NCBI GenBank assembly: GCA_965279515.1 | Contig: CBDIID010000003.1 | Coordinates: 1,792,001-1,856,000 of the forward strand | DNA: 64,000 nucleotides | Source: Turneriella sp. | Lineage (GTDB): Bacteria > Spirochaetota > Leptospiria > Turneriellales > Turneriellaceae | Reading direction: 5' to 3' | Shown here: piece by piece, positions 46,389-55,448 of the stretch | Layout of the letters: the number at the start of each line of letters is the position of its first letter | How positions within the stretch are numbered: position 1 is the first letter of the stretch | Made by a program: the position numbers and the translations under genes | The notes under the pieces: model-generated | Told to the model about the DNA's origin: nothing | The model's input: only the letters and a program-made list of their open reading frames with translations | Database searches by the model: none

Positions 46389-47083
46389 ATCGCTTTTCCG
46401 CCGTGCGTGCGCGCTCTCAATGCTTTCAGAAATTGCTCCATTTCCACGACGCGTTGCTGGGCCTCTGTTTTTGCGGCCTGCGTGAAGAGCTTACCGGGAA
46501 GTTCTTTCTGAAATTTTTCCAAAGTGGCAGCGGCATCTGCCAATGTCGGCGCCCAGCGATGATTTCCCGTAACGGCAAGAATTCTTGCTACCCCAATGGC
46601 GCCCAGGAAGTCGAGCGTATCGGCATCGTGGAAAACGCGTGCCTCGGCTGAATGACCCACCTCGCTATAGAACATATGGCTGCGCATGGCCTCTTGCACG
46701 CGGGAAAATTTCGCCATCGGAAAGCCTGCCGTCTTTAAGATTTCCTCAGCGACCTGCGCGGCCCGTTCGGTATGGTCTACACCATCCTTTCGGTACGGAG
46801 TGAACACACCTATATCGTGCAAGAAGGCAGCGGCAAAGAGTACATCCGCATCGACAGTAAGTTTTTCATGCAAGGCAAGGCTCATCGCCAACTGGTAATT
46901 GCGCTCACAATGCGCAATACCCCATGACGGGTGCTGCAGCTTTTCGCGGGAGAATTTGTATACCGCTGTTTTCCATGGTGTGTCGAGTGCGATACCCGAA
47001 GCGGTTTGCTGAATAGGTTCGGCGGCGATCAGGGTCGTGGTCAGAAAACAAAGCAGGAAAAAGGTGGGTCTGATTCGATTCAT
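46385..47083 (-). CDS. HD-domain phosphohydrolase with signal peptide
   Basis: H..RNY, AAFLHDIG, DH, SH, DADTLD. Confidence 0.88.
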   Translation of the reverse strand: MNRIRPTFFLLCFLTTTLIAAEPIQQTASGIALDTPWKTAVYKFSREKLQHPSWGIAHCERNYQLAMSLALHEKLTVDADVLFAAAFLHDIGVFTPYRKDGVDHTERAAQVAEEILKTAGFPMAKFSRVQEAMRSHMFYSEVGHSAEARVFHDADTLDFLGAIGVARILAVTGNHRWAPTLADAAATLEKFQKELPGKLFTQAAKTEAQQRVVEMEQFLKALRARTHGGKAI

Positions 47084-47113
47084 ACCCAAACTTATTTACG
47101 GAACATAATTTCG

Positions 47114-49777
47114 TCAAAAATTTTCAGGGCCCCCTTTGTTGGAAGCGACAGGCTGAGGAAACAGCACCGAGATCGAGAAGGATTGCCCCGCAACGGAAGC
47201 AACCTCCATCTTGCCCTGCGCTGATGCGACCATCTTGGCAACGATATCCATTCCCACGCCGCGGCCGCCATGCATGCTGGTCTCGACGCTGGTACTGACC
47301 GAAGGCTCAAAAATCAGCTGCACTGCTTCCGTATCGGACATGCGGTCTGCCTGCGCCGGTGTCAGGCGGTTCATTTTCAACGCCTCTTCTTTAAGGCGCC
47401 GGATATTTACCCCGCGGCCATCATCGCTGTATTGCAATTGAATTCCGTCTTTTCCCTGTTGGATGGACATCGATATCGTGCCGGCCTCTTGTTTTCCGGC
47501 TCCTTTTCTCGCCTCGGTAGATTCTATCCCGTGCACGGCAGAATTTCGCACCAATTGTACAAAAATGTCTTTAATAATCTTCCGCAATTCCCTGGGTACG
47601 ACCTTAAAATCAAAACCCGAAGTGTCGATTTCCACCTTTTGATCGGAACGCAGTACTTTTTCCATATTTTTCCGAACGGCGGTGACGAAAATTGCCAGGG
47701 GATCCGCGACGCGGGTTTCAATACCACTCTGGAATCGCCGGATTTTCTCCTGGAAATCAAAAATTTCCTCAATTCCTGTGCGCAACTGGTAAACAAACCG
47801 GCTGAGCTGGGAAAGTTCATCCAGGCGCAGCGCCTCTTTCCCGAGCAGGGCCTGCAGATGCTCCTCAAATACGTGCGCCTGTTCGCTGATGATGGTGAGT
47901 TGCAGGATGCCTGCCTCTCCCTTCACCGTGTGTACGGAACGAAAGACCTCTTGCAGCAGGGGCTTAAGCGCGGTGGACTGCGAATCATTTAATAATTCGA
48001 TGGCATGTTCGACATTTTCAATTTCCAGCAGCGAATCTTCGATGAACATCTCGAGCATTTTCGGATCGACATGAAGAATGCTGAAAAAATTGGCCCGGGA
48101 CTTTTGCAGACTGTCCTCTGCTTCAATGACGCGGCGACTCAACTCGGTTTCCGCTGTCACATCGCGCACCACCCCGAGCAAAAACTCGACATTGGAGTCT
48201 ACGAGTACGCGCTGAAAATAGAATTCCAGGTATTTTATCTGCAGCTCATCTTTGGCAGCCTGGACGGTCATTTCCACTTTATCAATGGGGTTGAGTTCAA
48301 TGAACATCTGCTCCGAAATAGAGTTCTTAAAACCGAGTTCGAGATAGGATGTCAGGGATTTCAGTTTTTCTTTCGTCAGGGATTTTGCGAGAATCTCATT
48401 TAGAGTACGACCCGCAATCACGGATTCCGAAAAGATAATCTTCGTCGCCTCTGAGAACTGCGTGGCTAGCTGCAGGTTGCGGCCGATGAGAAAGATTCCG
48501 TCGTTGACTGAAGATAAAATCGAATCAGATTCTGATTTTGCCAGCAACAATGCCTGGTTTTTTGAGGCAATGGAAGCGACCATACTGTTAAACGACTGCG
48601 ACAGCAGGCTGATTTCATTTTTGCCCGCGGCCTTTACCCTGACGGATAAATCACCCGCCGCAATTTGCCCGGCAGCTACCGAAAGGTCTGTAATGGGAAC
48701 AGACACCGATTGCGCCAGGCGGAAGCTGAATAATGTCGTCGCGAGAATAATTGCCAGAGCGGTGAAAATAATGAAAAACAGCCGCCAGCGCGTATCCCCG
48801 GAAAACTTACCCAGCTGAGCGGCGAGAAATGAAGAACCTTCAAGGTTTATTTCCTTCAGCGTCAGGGTTATGTCATGAAAATACAGTCCCAGGATCTCGA
48901 GTTCGGCCCGTGCCTCTTGTTTTTTTCCCGTTGCCAGCAGGGTAAATATTTCCCGCGACAGATCGCGCACTGAGTTGAGGGAAATCGCGGCGTCTGCAAG
49001 ACTCTCTTTCTGATTCTTCTGGCTTGTTTGAGTTATGAGATCTTCGAGCATAAACTTCATGCCATTCCACTGCGAATCAAACAAACCCGATTGATCCGTT
49101 TTGCCATAAACTACGGCCTGTTCGATGGTGCGCGAAAGCTCCAGTTGTTTCTGGCGGCTTTCCGTCAGCCGTCTGAAGAAGTCCATCCGTTGTATACCAA
49201 CAGGAGTATCGCTGCCCAGCTGGGCGCCTGCGCTGGTACTGATGAGCGTGTCTTCCATTTCGCGCGAAAGCTGCGCCATGGCGTCCTTGAACAACACCGT
49301 CAGGTCCCAGAAAACGACATCCAGGACTGCCGATTCTTCAAGCGCAGCCTTCGCTGCGCCGTTTTCCAGCTGCTCGGCGATACTTTGTGCCGGAGCATCG
49401 ATTTCTTTTATCTGATTCTGAACACCGCAGATCGGGTTTCCCGGTTTGTTATCCTTACAATCTTCGGGGAGATAAGGGGCAAGCCCCACCACTTCTGATT
49501 TGAGGATATTCAGCCGGGCCTGGGCCGATTTGAATTGCTCCTTATCGGCCGACGCCACCGCCTGAAAAACATCACGGATCAGCACACTTGTCTGTTCATG
49601 AACTTCAGACAGTTTGGTAAAATATTCCGCTTGCTTGTTGAGCCGTGTCGTGCTCTTTAAGAGCCGGTTCACCGGAATGAACAACAATGCGCTCACGATC
49701 AGGTACATACCCGCAACAAACCCCGCGAGCAGGTAGAGCCTTTGTTTTATGGAGAGGTTGGCCAGTAAAGAGCGCAT
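47114..49777 (-). CDS. Membrane-bound CheA-like kinase (2 TM, sensor, HAMP, PAS-like, HPt, HATPase; no CheW domain)
   Basis: FRSVHTVKGEA (HPt), LVRNSAVHGIE, DDGRG, GRGVGMDIV. Confidence 0.88.
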   Translation of the reverse strand: MRSLLANLSIKQRLYLLAGFVAGMYLIVSALLFIPVNRLLKSTTRLNKQAEYFTKLSEVHEQTSVLIRDVFQAVASADKEQFKSAQARLNILKSEVVGLAPYLPEDCKDNKPGNPICGVQNQIKEIDAPAQSIAEQLENGAAKAALEESAVLDVVFWDLTVLFKDAMAQLSREMEDTLISTSAGAQLGSDTPVGIQRMDFFRRLTESRQKQLELSRTIEQAVVYGKTDQSGLFDSQWNGMKFMLEDLITQTSQKNQKESLADAAISLNSVRDLSREIFTLLATGKKQEARAELEILGLYFHDITLTLKEINLEGSSFLAAQLGKFSGDTRWRLFFIIFTALAIILATTLFSFRLAQSVSVPITDLSVAAGQIAAGDLSVRVKAAGKNEISLLSQSFNSMVASIASKNQALLLAKSESDSILSSVNDGIFLIGRNLQLATQFSEATKIIFSESVIAGRTLNEILAKSLTKEKLKSLTSYLELGFKNSISEQMFIELNPIDKVEMTVQAAKDELQIKYLEFYFQRVLVDSNVEFLLGVVRDVTAETELSRRVIEAEDSLQKSRANFFSILHVDPKMLEMFIEDSLLEIENVEHAIELLNDSQSTALKPLLQEVFRSVHTVKGEAGILQLTIISEQAHVFEEHLQALLGKEALRLDELSQLSRFVYQLRTGIEEIFDFQEKIRRFQSGIETRVADPLAIFVTAVRKNMEKVLRSDQKVEIDTSGFDFKVVPRELRKIIKDIFVQLVRNSAVHGIESTEARKGAGKQEAGTISMSIQQGKDGIQLQYSDDGRGVNIRRLKEEALKMNRLTPAQADRMSDTEAVQLIFEPSVSTSVETSMHGGRGVGMDIVAKMVASAQGKMEVASVAGQSFSISVLFPQPVASNKGGPENF

Positions 49778-49799
49778 TGTCGTTTCGTTACCCGGAAAT

Positions 49800-50228
49800 T
49801 CAGAGTTCTAAAAGAATCCGTAAGCCTGTTGCGGATTGCCTGTCGACATAACCAATGGCACGCTCAACACGCTTGAGCGCCTTGATCGCCAATTCTTTCG
49901 ATGGCATCGCCTTGGGTTCGCGGATATTGCCCTGTAACTTTTGAGACTGCCAGTATTCCTGCATACTACGGCTGTTTTTCCCGAGCAGTTTCATTTCAAA
50001 CTCTTCACGTAGCCGGGAATTGCCGGGCATGTTCACCGGGATCGCATTGACCCCGTCGATTTGTTTGATTTTCCCGAGGTAGAGGTTGCGGATGTCCGTT
50101 TCGCTGACATTCTTGATCGGCGAATTCGGACTGACAACGACGACCATTCCGCTGCCTGCGGCATATGGGAGTTCTCCGATAAATACCAGGCTTATTAGAA
50201 CGAGAAGCTTTTGCACTTTCTTATTCAT
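49800..50228 (-). CDS. Small periplasmic binding protein-like (PBP2 half-domain)
   Basis: AGGAG RBS; signal; VVVSPNSPI..IRNLYLGK...AIGYV. Confidence 0.78.
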   Translation of the reverse strand: MNKKVQKLLVLISLVFIGELPYAAGSGMVVVVSPNSPIKNVSETDIRNLYLGKIKQIDGVNAIPVNMPGNSRLREEFEMKLLGKNSRSMQEYWQSQKLQGNIREPKAMPSKELAIKALKRVERAIGYVDRQSATGLRILLEL

Positions 50229-50238
50229 CTTTGACTCC

Positions 50239-51417
50239 TTAAAATAACCAGCTGACATTGATTAAAATGTCGTTACTGATGACGGGTTTTACAGAGTAAA
50301 TATACTCTGCAACGATCTTAACCTGCGTTACAGGCTTAAAGGACAAGTTGGCAATATGCCTTTCCTTGACGGTGCTATCTTTCGTATCCGTACGGAAATC
50401 GTAACGGTAGTAGCTGAAAAGCCGGTCGGTCAGAATATAATAACCCGCCTGACCATAATAACCTTCGTACTCCCGGTTCTTGGTGATTTTCACATAAGCT
50501 GCGGAAAGGTCGATACCCCATTTCTGAACCTGCATATAACCAATGACCGGGGTCTCTATGCCATAAGACAGTTCGTCACTGCGGATAGACGAACCCAGCG
50601 TTAAGTCAACAACGCCAAGGTACTTCATCTGCACATCAGCGTCGATCGCCTTCAGCTTATTGCCGTCGACCCGGTCCGGCTGATCGCCGCGACCGTTCGT
50701 CACATGCGCAGCGTAGGTGAACTCGAACTTGCTGAATGTCTGAATCCCGTTAATGCCGATACCGGTGCCGTTCGTAGGGAAAACATCGTCCCGCATATAA
50801 TCTTTGGTTAAGACGTGAACATTCGGAATCCAGTGGTTCCTGTTGATCAGGCCGTAGGGAGTAAGCAGCTTACCCGCTGAGACTTGAAAGAGATCGTGAA
50901 ACTCGTACTTCACGTACAGGCGTTCAATCTTAATCTCACCACCTGTGCCTTTAATGGTTTGTGGCGTTGAACTTACGCGTACATCCGAACTCTGCAGCAC
51001 GGCCCCATGTTCGTATTCGATCTCACCATAAGCCTGCCAATTTTCCGCGAAACGCGAATTCATAATCAGGTAGAGATGGGCCAGGTCAAAGGTGTTCGCG
51101 TCAGTCTGTTTGTTATGCTTAAAGGCAACGTCGCCCCATGCCAGCCAGTTAAATTTGTTGTCTTTCAACGCATCATCCAGGTCTTTATCTGACTCCGGTT
51201 CAGCAGCGTTATTTTTCGCCTCGGCAGCAACAGGTGCAGCTTCTGTTTTAGCTGTATCTGGCTGCGCTTCGGCCGTAGTTTGTTTTGTCATGACCTCTGC
51301 TTCAGCCGCAGCCGGTGCTTTTCTGGCCACGCCTCTGCGCCGCTTCTTTTGGGCGGGAAAAACCATGCTTGTCAAAACGACAAAAAGCACGGCCATCGAA
51401 AATAAATTTCTAATCAT
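50239..51417 (-). CDS. Outer-membrane porin-like protein
   Basis: GGAGGA RBS; signal; EIEYEHG, IERLYV, AGKLLTPYG; ends SWLF. Confidence 0.8.
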   Translation of the reverse strand: MIRNLFSMAVLFVVLTSMVFPAQKKRRRGVARKAPAAAEAEVMTKQTTAEAQPDTAKTEAAPVAAEAKNNAAEPESDKDLDDALKDNKFNWLAWGDVAFKHNKQTDANTFDLAHLYLIMNSRFAENWQAYGEIEYEHGAVLQSSDVRVSSTPQTIKGTGGEIKIERLYVKYEFHDLFQVSAGKLLTPYGLINRNHWIPNVHVLTKDYMRDDVFPTNGTGIGINGIQTFSKFEFTYAAHVTNGRGDQPDRVDGNKLKAIDADVQMKYLGVVDLTLGSSIRSDELSYGIETPVIGYMQVQKWGIDLSAAYVKITKNREYEGYYGQAGYYILTDRLFSYYRYDFRTDTKDSTVKERHIANLSFKPVTQVKIVAEYIYSVKPVISNDILINVSWLF

Positions 51418-51461
51418 GTATCCTCCTGAAATTAAAATCTGTGTTTGAGAAAATCTGTAGA

Positions 51462-51917
51462 CTACGGGTTCACACCCACAACATAGTAGACCAAGTGCGA
51501 CCGCCACGCCACCGCAAAGGTGACGACCGGGGTTTTGATGTTTACGGAACCTTCTTTACCGAAAATCACCGCGGGAATGCTGATTTCAAAGGGTGTTGGC
51601 GTCGACTGCTGGCAGATGCCGCTGATCATGTTCGCCATTTCACCGGTGAGGTCCGCCAACATGTCATCGGTAAGCATATCAGGGCTAAAAGTTTCCTGCC
51701 AGAATTCTTTGAGGAACTCCCGGGTGCAGGTAAAATACGCGCAACCCCGGTAACCGCCTGTCATGCCGATAACACCGGTGATATCCAGGATGCTGCTGCT
51801 GCGAAAATCGTCGTTTCCGTAAACAATAGGAGCTTTGAAGATTGCATCGGTTTTTCCCGCCTGCTCGAAATAGTTTTTGAGGCCCGCACCGAATCCGTCT
51901 ATGATACGCTGATTCAT
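51462..51917 (-). CDS. cheX: CheX family phosphatase
   Basis: DITGVIGMTG..G, GEMANMISG, ISIPAVI. Confidence 0.9.
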   Translation of the reverse strand: MNQRIIDGFGAGLKNYFEQAGKTDAIFKAPIVYGNDDFRSSSILDITGVIGMTGGYRGCAYFTCTREFLKEFWQETFSPDMLTDDMLADLTGEMANMISGICQQSTPTPFEISIPAVIFGKEGSVNIKTPVVTFAVAWRSHLVYYVVGVNP

Positions 51918-51918
51918 C

Positions 51919-52281
51919 TTATTTGCCCCCTTCGACTGCTTCTAACGCTTCTTTCAAGGTAGGCGCCGAAAATGGCTTATTCAGATATTTCTTCGCTCCC
52001 AAATGCATCGCCTCAATGAGGGAATCCTTATTGGTGACCGCGGTTATAACGAGAATTTTCAGATTAGGGTCGAATTTGAGCAGCTCGGCCATGCATTTCA
52101 AGCCATCCATTTCCGGCATGGTGATATCCAGGGTGACCATATCGGGGCGTTTTTCTTTCACAAGTTCGACGGCCTTGACACCGTTTTCCGCTTCAGCCAC
52201 AATTTCATGGCCGCAATCCGTGGCAATTTTCGCAATGGCCATACGGATCATGCGGGAATCATCTATTACAATTATCTTCAT
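51919..52281 (-). CDS. CheY-like single-domain response regulator
   Basis: IDDS, AENG, LDITMPEMDG, KPF. Confidence 0.92.
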   Translation of the reverse strand: MKIIVIDDSRMIRMAIAKIATDCGHEIVAEAENGVKAVELVKEKRPDMVTLDITMPEMDGLKCMAELLKFDPNLKILVITAVTNKDSLIEAMHLGAKKYLNKPFSAPTLKEALEAVEGGK

Positions 52282-52332
52282 ATCAAGAATTCAGGTCAAA
52301 TCAGCAATAGCCGTCAATCAGTTGGAATCCTT

Positions 52333-52354
52333 AGACTATGGAAAACCATAGTCT
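52333..52354. promoter_or_regulatory. Perfect inverted repeat in the divergent promoter region
   Basis: AGACTATGG-AAAA-CCATAGTCT. Confidence 0.6.
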
Positions 52355-52408
52355 CGCAAAAATAAGGTTGTTTACGGTCACTATGAACGTAGCCTTTCGC
52401 CAGATTAG

Positions 52409-53050
52409 GTGTCGATGACGGAAATTCCCGAAGCCAGAAGACTGATGACACAAGGCAAGGCCTCAGAAGCCGCCTTGATACTCGATCGTTACCTGAAGAA
52501 AAAACCTGGCCACAAAAAAGTGCGCCGTATTCTCACCGCGATCCGGAAATGTTACCTGACCATCGATGAAGAAAACGCACTTTTCGACCCGAAAGGAATG
52601 CAATACCAGGAGTTTTACTCCGATTTTAATCAGGTGCGTTTTTTTGCCATCATTCTGACACAGCATTTGCCGCCGCAAATTCAGGAACGCCGCTTGCTGG
52701 AGCAGCAAGTCAGCGAGATTGTTAAGAACGCAATCCGGCATGGCAACAAGGGTCACCTCCCGAAAAAGATAAAAGTTTGGTATGAGTTTGAACCCAGAAT
52801 CCGCTTTATTGTTGCCGACGAAGGCCCCGGTATGTCAAATATGGAAAACTGGAATGTTTTTAACCGCCAGCGCCGCAAGGCAGTTCGTGAAAACGACATG
52901 GAAACGCTGATGGACTTTGCGACATACCACGCAGACCACAGCGACCCGCATGATGGTGGAAACTCCCTCTTCGCCGCCCTGCAATTCTGGGATGAAGGCC
53001 TGATGTATAACACGCAACGCAATAAAGTTGTTGCTGTTAAGGGTTACTGA
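52409..53050 (+). CDS. HATPase_c (RsbW/SpoIIAB-like) ATP-binding protein
   Basis: SEIVKNAIRHGN, VADEGPG, GGNSL, YNTQRN. Confidence 0.75.
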   Translation: MSMTEIPEARRLMTQGKASEAALILDRYLKKKPGHKKVRRILTAIRKCYLTIDEENALFDPKGMQYQEFYSDFNQVRFFAIILTQHLPPQIQERRLLEQQVSEIVKNAIRHGNKGHLPKKIKVWYEFEPRIRFIVADEGPGMSNMENWNVFNRQRRKAVRENDMETLMDFATYHADHSDPHDGGNSLFAALQFWDEGLMYNTQRNKVVAVKGY

Positions 53051-53532
53051 TGCCCGAATATCACGACATCATAAACAACAGCCTGCAATCCTTACTGGAA
53101 CAATGGCTCGGTGAGCAAGTGTTCTACGAGCGCGATAAGATCACCAAACAATATGAAAGCAACCACGAAATAACCTGCCACATTTGTTTCTATGATTTCG
53201 CACTCAAAAGGGCCGGGGTTGCCCTGTTAAATGTGGATAAACAAGTGCTGGTGCGCCTTTGGGAGAAAGTATATAAAAGCCCGGTCGAAGACCTGGACTC
53301 TGTTGCAGAAATCGGCAGCGAGCTTCTCAATACCCTTACCGGCAGGGCATTGGAGGCTTTCAATGAGCGTGGCATGAGCATGCACCTTTCGCTGCCAAAC
53401 ATCATAGAAAACTCTCCCCAGCTAAAACTTTCGACATTCGGCAGGGATGATTTTTATTATTACGCATTCAGTGCAGCGGAAATCCGGTTCAGCTGGGTTT
53501 TATGCTTTTACGACGCTAAAGAGTTTGCCTGA
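53050..53532 (+). CDS. Divergent CheX-like protein
   Basis: SELLNTLTG (ExxN) and LSLPNII. Confidence 0.65.
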   Translation: MPEYHDIINNSLQSLLEQWLGEQVFYERDKITKQYESNHEITCHICFYDFALKRAGVALLNVDKQVLVRLWEKVYKSPVEDLDSVAEIGSELLNTLTGRALEAFNERGMSMHLSLPNIIENSPQLKLSTFGRDDFYYYAFSAAEIRFSWVLCFYDAKEFA

Positions 53533-53592
53533 CCAGTTTTGGGCGGCAAAATGTTCCACGCGACAAGCTGAGCTTCGCGCAGAGATTGTCCT

Positions 53593-54588
53593 ATGCAGAA
53601 AGATAAACTGCAGGTCTACCTTTCCGCCCAGGCAGGCGCACCCGCTGAAATCACGGAGTTCCGCCAGCTCTCAGGCGGCGCCTGCCAGGATAACTACCTC
53701 GTACACCTGAGAGCCGGAGGCCGCGACGAGAAGCTCGTACTGCGCACCGACAAGGGCGGCGCGCTGCTCGGCAGTTTATCCCGCCCGCAGGAATACCAGG
53801 TGATTGAAAAAGCCGTAGCGGCCGGCGTACTCACACCGCCCGTCAAATGGCTCTCTGACGATACTTCTATCGTCGGGCATCCGTTCTATGTGATGCAAAA
53901 GATCGAAGGCACCGCTAACCCACGGGAAATTCTGAAGAACCGGAAAATCGATTTTAAGAAGCTTGCTGCGGATATTGCTCTGAATCTCGGAAAAATACAC
54001 AGCCTGAAATATCAATCCGACATTTTGCCATTCCTGGACCACAAGATCAGACCGGGCACAAACGAAATCAGCCTCGCGGCCATCGCACAGTGCCGCAAGC
54101 TGCTCGACGAACTGCCAGGCGGCTACCCCGGTATCGAGCTCTGCCTGAACTGGGCCGAGGCCAATGCGCCCGTCACCGACGAGCTCGTGCTGTGCCACAG
54201 CGATTTTAGAAGTGGTAATTTTATGGTGGCGGATGGAGCGCTCTCGGGGATTCTCGACTGGGAATTCGCGCATTGGGGCGACCGCCATGAAGATATCGGC
54301 TATCTCAGAATGCGCGACTGGCGCTTCGGCAAGGTGAAAAACGAAATCGGTGGGTTTGCGGCGCCCGAAGATTTTTATCCGCACTATGAAAAGGCATCGG
54401 GCACGAAGGTAGATCCTGACAAAGTACGCTACTGGGAAGTCATGGGCAACATTCGCTGGGCCATCGGCGCGGCGCAACAGGGCGAACGCCATCTTTCCGG
54501 AAAAGACAGAGGCATCGAGTTCGCCTCAATCGGCCGCCGCGTTGCCGAAATGGAATTCGAGGCGATGAAACTGATAGAGGGCAATTAA
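53593..54588 (+). CDS. APH-family phosphotransferase (LvaA/ACAD10 kinase-like)
   Basis: LSGGA, HSDFRSGN, LDWEFAHWGD. Confidence 0.9.
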   Translation: MQKDKLQVYLSAQAGAPAEITEFRQLSGGACQDNYLVHLRAGGRDEKLVLRTDKGGALLGSLSRPQEYQVIEKAVAAGVLTPPVKWLSDDTSIVGHPFYVMQKIEGTANPREILKNRKIDFKKLAADIALNLGKIHSLKYQSDILPFLDHKIRPGTNEISLAAIAQCRKLLDELPGGYPGIELCLNWAEANAPVTDELVLCHSDFRSGNFMVADGALSGILDWEFAHWGDRHEDIGYLRMRDWRFGKVKNEIGGFAAPEDFYPHYEKASGTKVDPDKVRYWEVMGNIRWAIGAAQQGERHLSGKDRGIEFASIGRRVAEMEFEAMKLIEGN

Positions 54589-54981
54589 ATGCAATACCGT
54601 CCCGAGCACACCGATCTACTCGAAGCGATCCAGGAATTTCTCATTAAAGAAGTTCTGCCCTTTGTCAAAGAACAGGACGCGCTCGCTTACAAGACGTTGG
54701 TCTCATGGAACATGCTGGGTGTTGTTTCGCGCGAGCTGAAGGGCAGTCGGCCGCTGCTCGAAGAAGACGCCAAACTTCTGGGTACGCTGACCGGTCAAAA
54801 ACCCGATGTCAAAGGCATGGGCGACAGGGAACTACTCAAAAGCACGCATGATCTTGCACGCGCCGCGGCGCAAAAGATCCGCGCGCAGAAATCCTTGCCG
54901 GGCAGCGCAGAATGGAAGGCTGTAAAGGAAGTACTCAAGCATAACCTGCAGATCTCGAATCCCCGCTATGGTGCGGAATGA
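54589..54981 (+). CDS. DUF6285/LvaB-like small partner protein
   Basis: MQYRP..LLEAI.EFL...NML..V.RE...LQISNPRY; abuts the kinase gene. Confidence 0.75.
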   Translation: MQYRPEHTDLLEAIQEFLIKEVLPFVKEQDALAYKTLVSWNMLGVVSRELKGSRPLLEEDAKLLGTLTGQKPDVKGMGDRELLKSTHDLARAAAQKIRAQKSLPGSAEWKAVKEVLKHNLQISNPRYGAE

Positions 54982-55029
54982 ACTGTGGAAAAAGCTTTAC
55001 GCGTAATCCATTTGGTTCTCTGATAACGT

Positions 55030-55236
55030 GTGCTGGAAATTCATATTGAATTCGATCGCGAAGACGATGGTCGGTACATTGCAGAAGCAACGGAGTTGCC
55101 AGGCGTACTGGCCTATGGTAAATCCCGCGAAGAAGCCTTGGCGTCCTGCGAAGCCTTAGCCCTACGCGTCCTGGCAGACAAACTCGAAAGTGGTGAAGCC
55201 ATCGCCGATTCTTTTCGCATTTTGATTCCCGCCTGA
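55030..55236 (+). CDS. hicB: HicB family antitoxin (short, no DNA-binding domain)
   Basis: EDDGRYIAE..ELPGVLAYGKSREEA. Confidence 0.88.
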   Translation: MLEIHIEFDREDDGRYIAEATELPGVLAYGKSREEALASCEALALRVLADKLESGEAIADSFRILIPA

Positions 55237-55448
55237 TGGCCGACTGGTCAGCAAAGAAAGCCAAACAGGTTCTTGCAGCGCTGCTTCAGATTGGCTGGAT
55301 AGTGAAACGACAGACCGGCTCCCATAGGGTTCTAACCCATCCGCAGTTTCCGGATTATATCTTCGCATTCCATGATGGGGTCGAGATCGGCCCTGTAATG
55401 CTTAGAAAAATTGCGAAGCATACCGGTTTGAAACCTGATGATTTATGA
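55236..55448 (+). CDS. hicA: HicA family mRNA interferase toxin
   Basis: LLQIGW..KRQTGSH..L.H...HDG.EIG...LRKI. Confidence 0.92.
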   Translation: MADWSAKKAKQVLAALLQIGWIVKRQTGSHRVLTHPQFPDYIFAFHDGVEIGPVMLRKIAKHTGLKPDDL

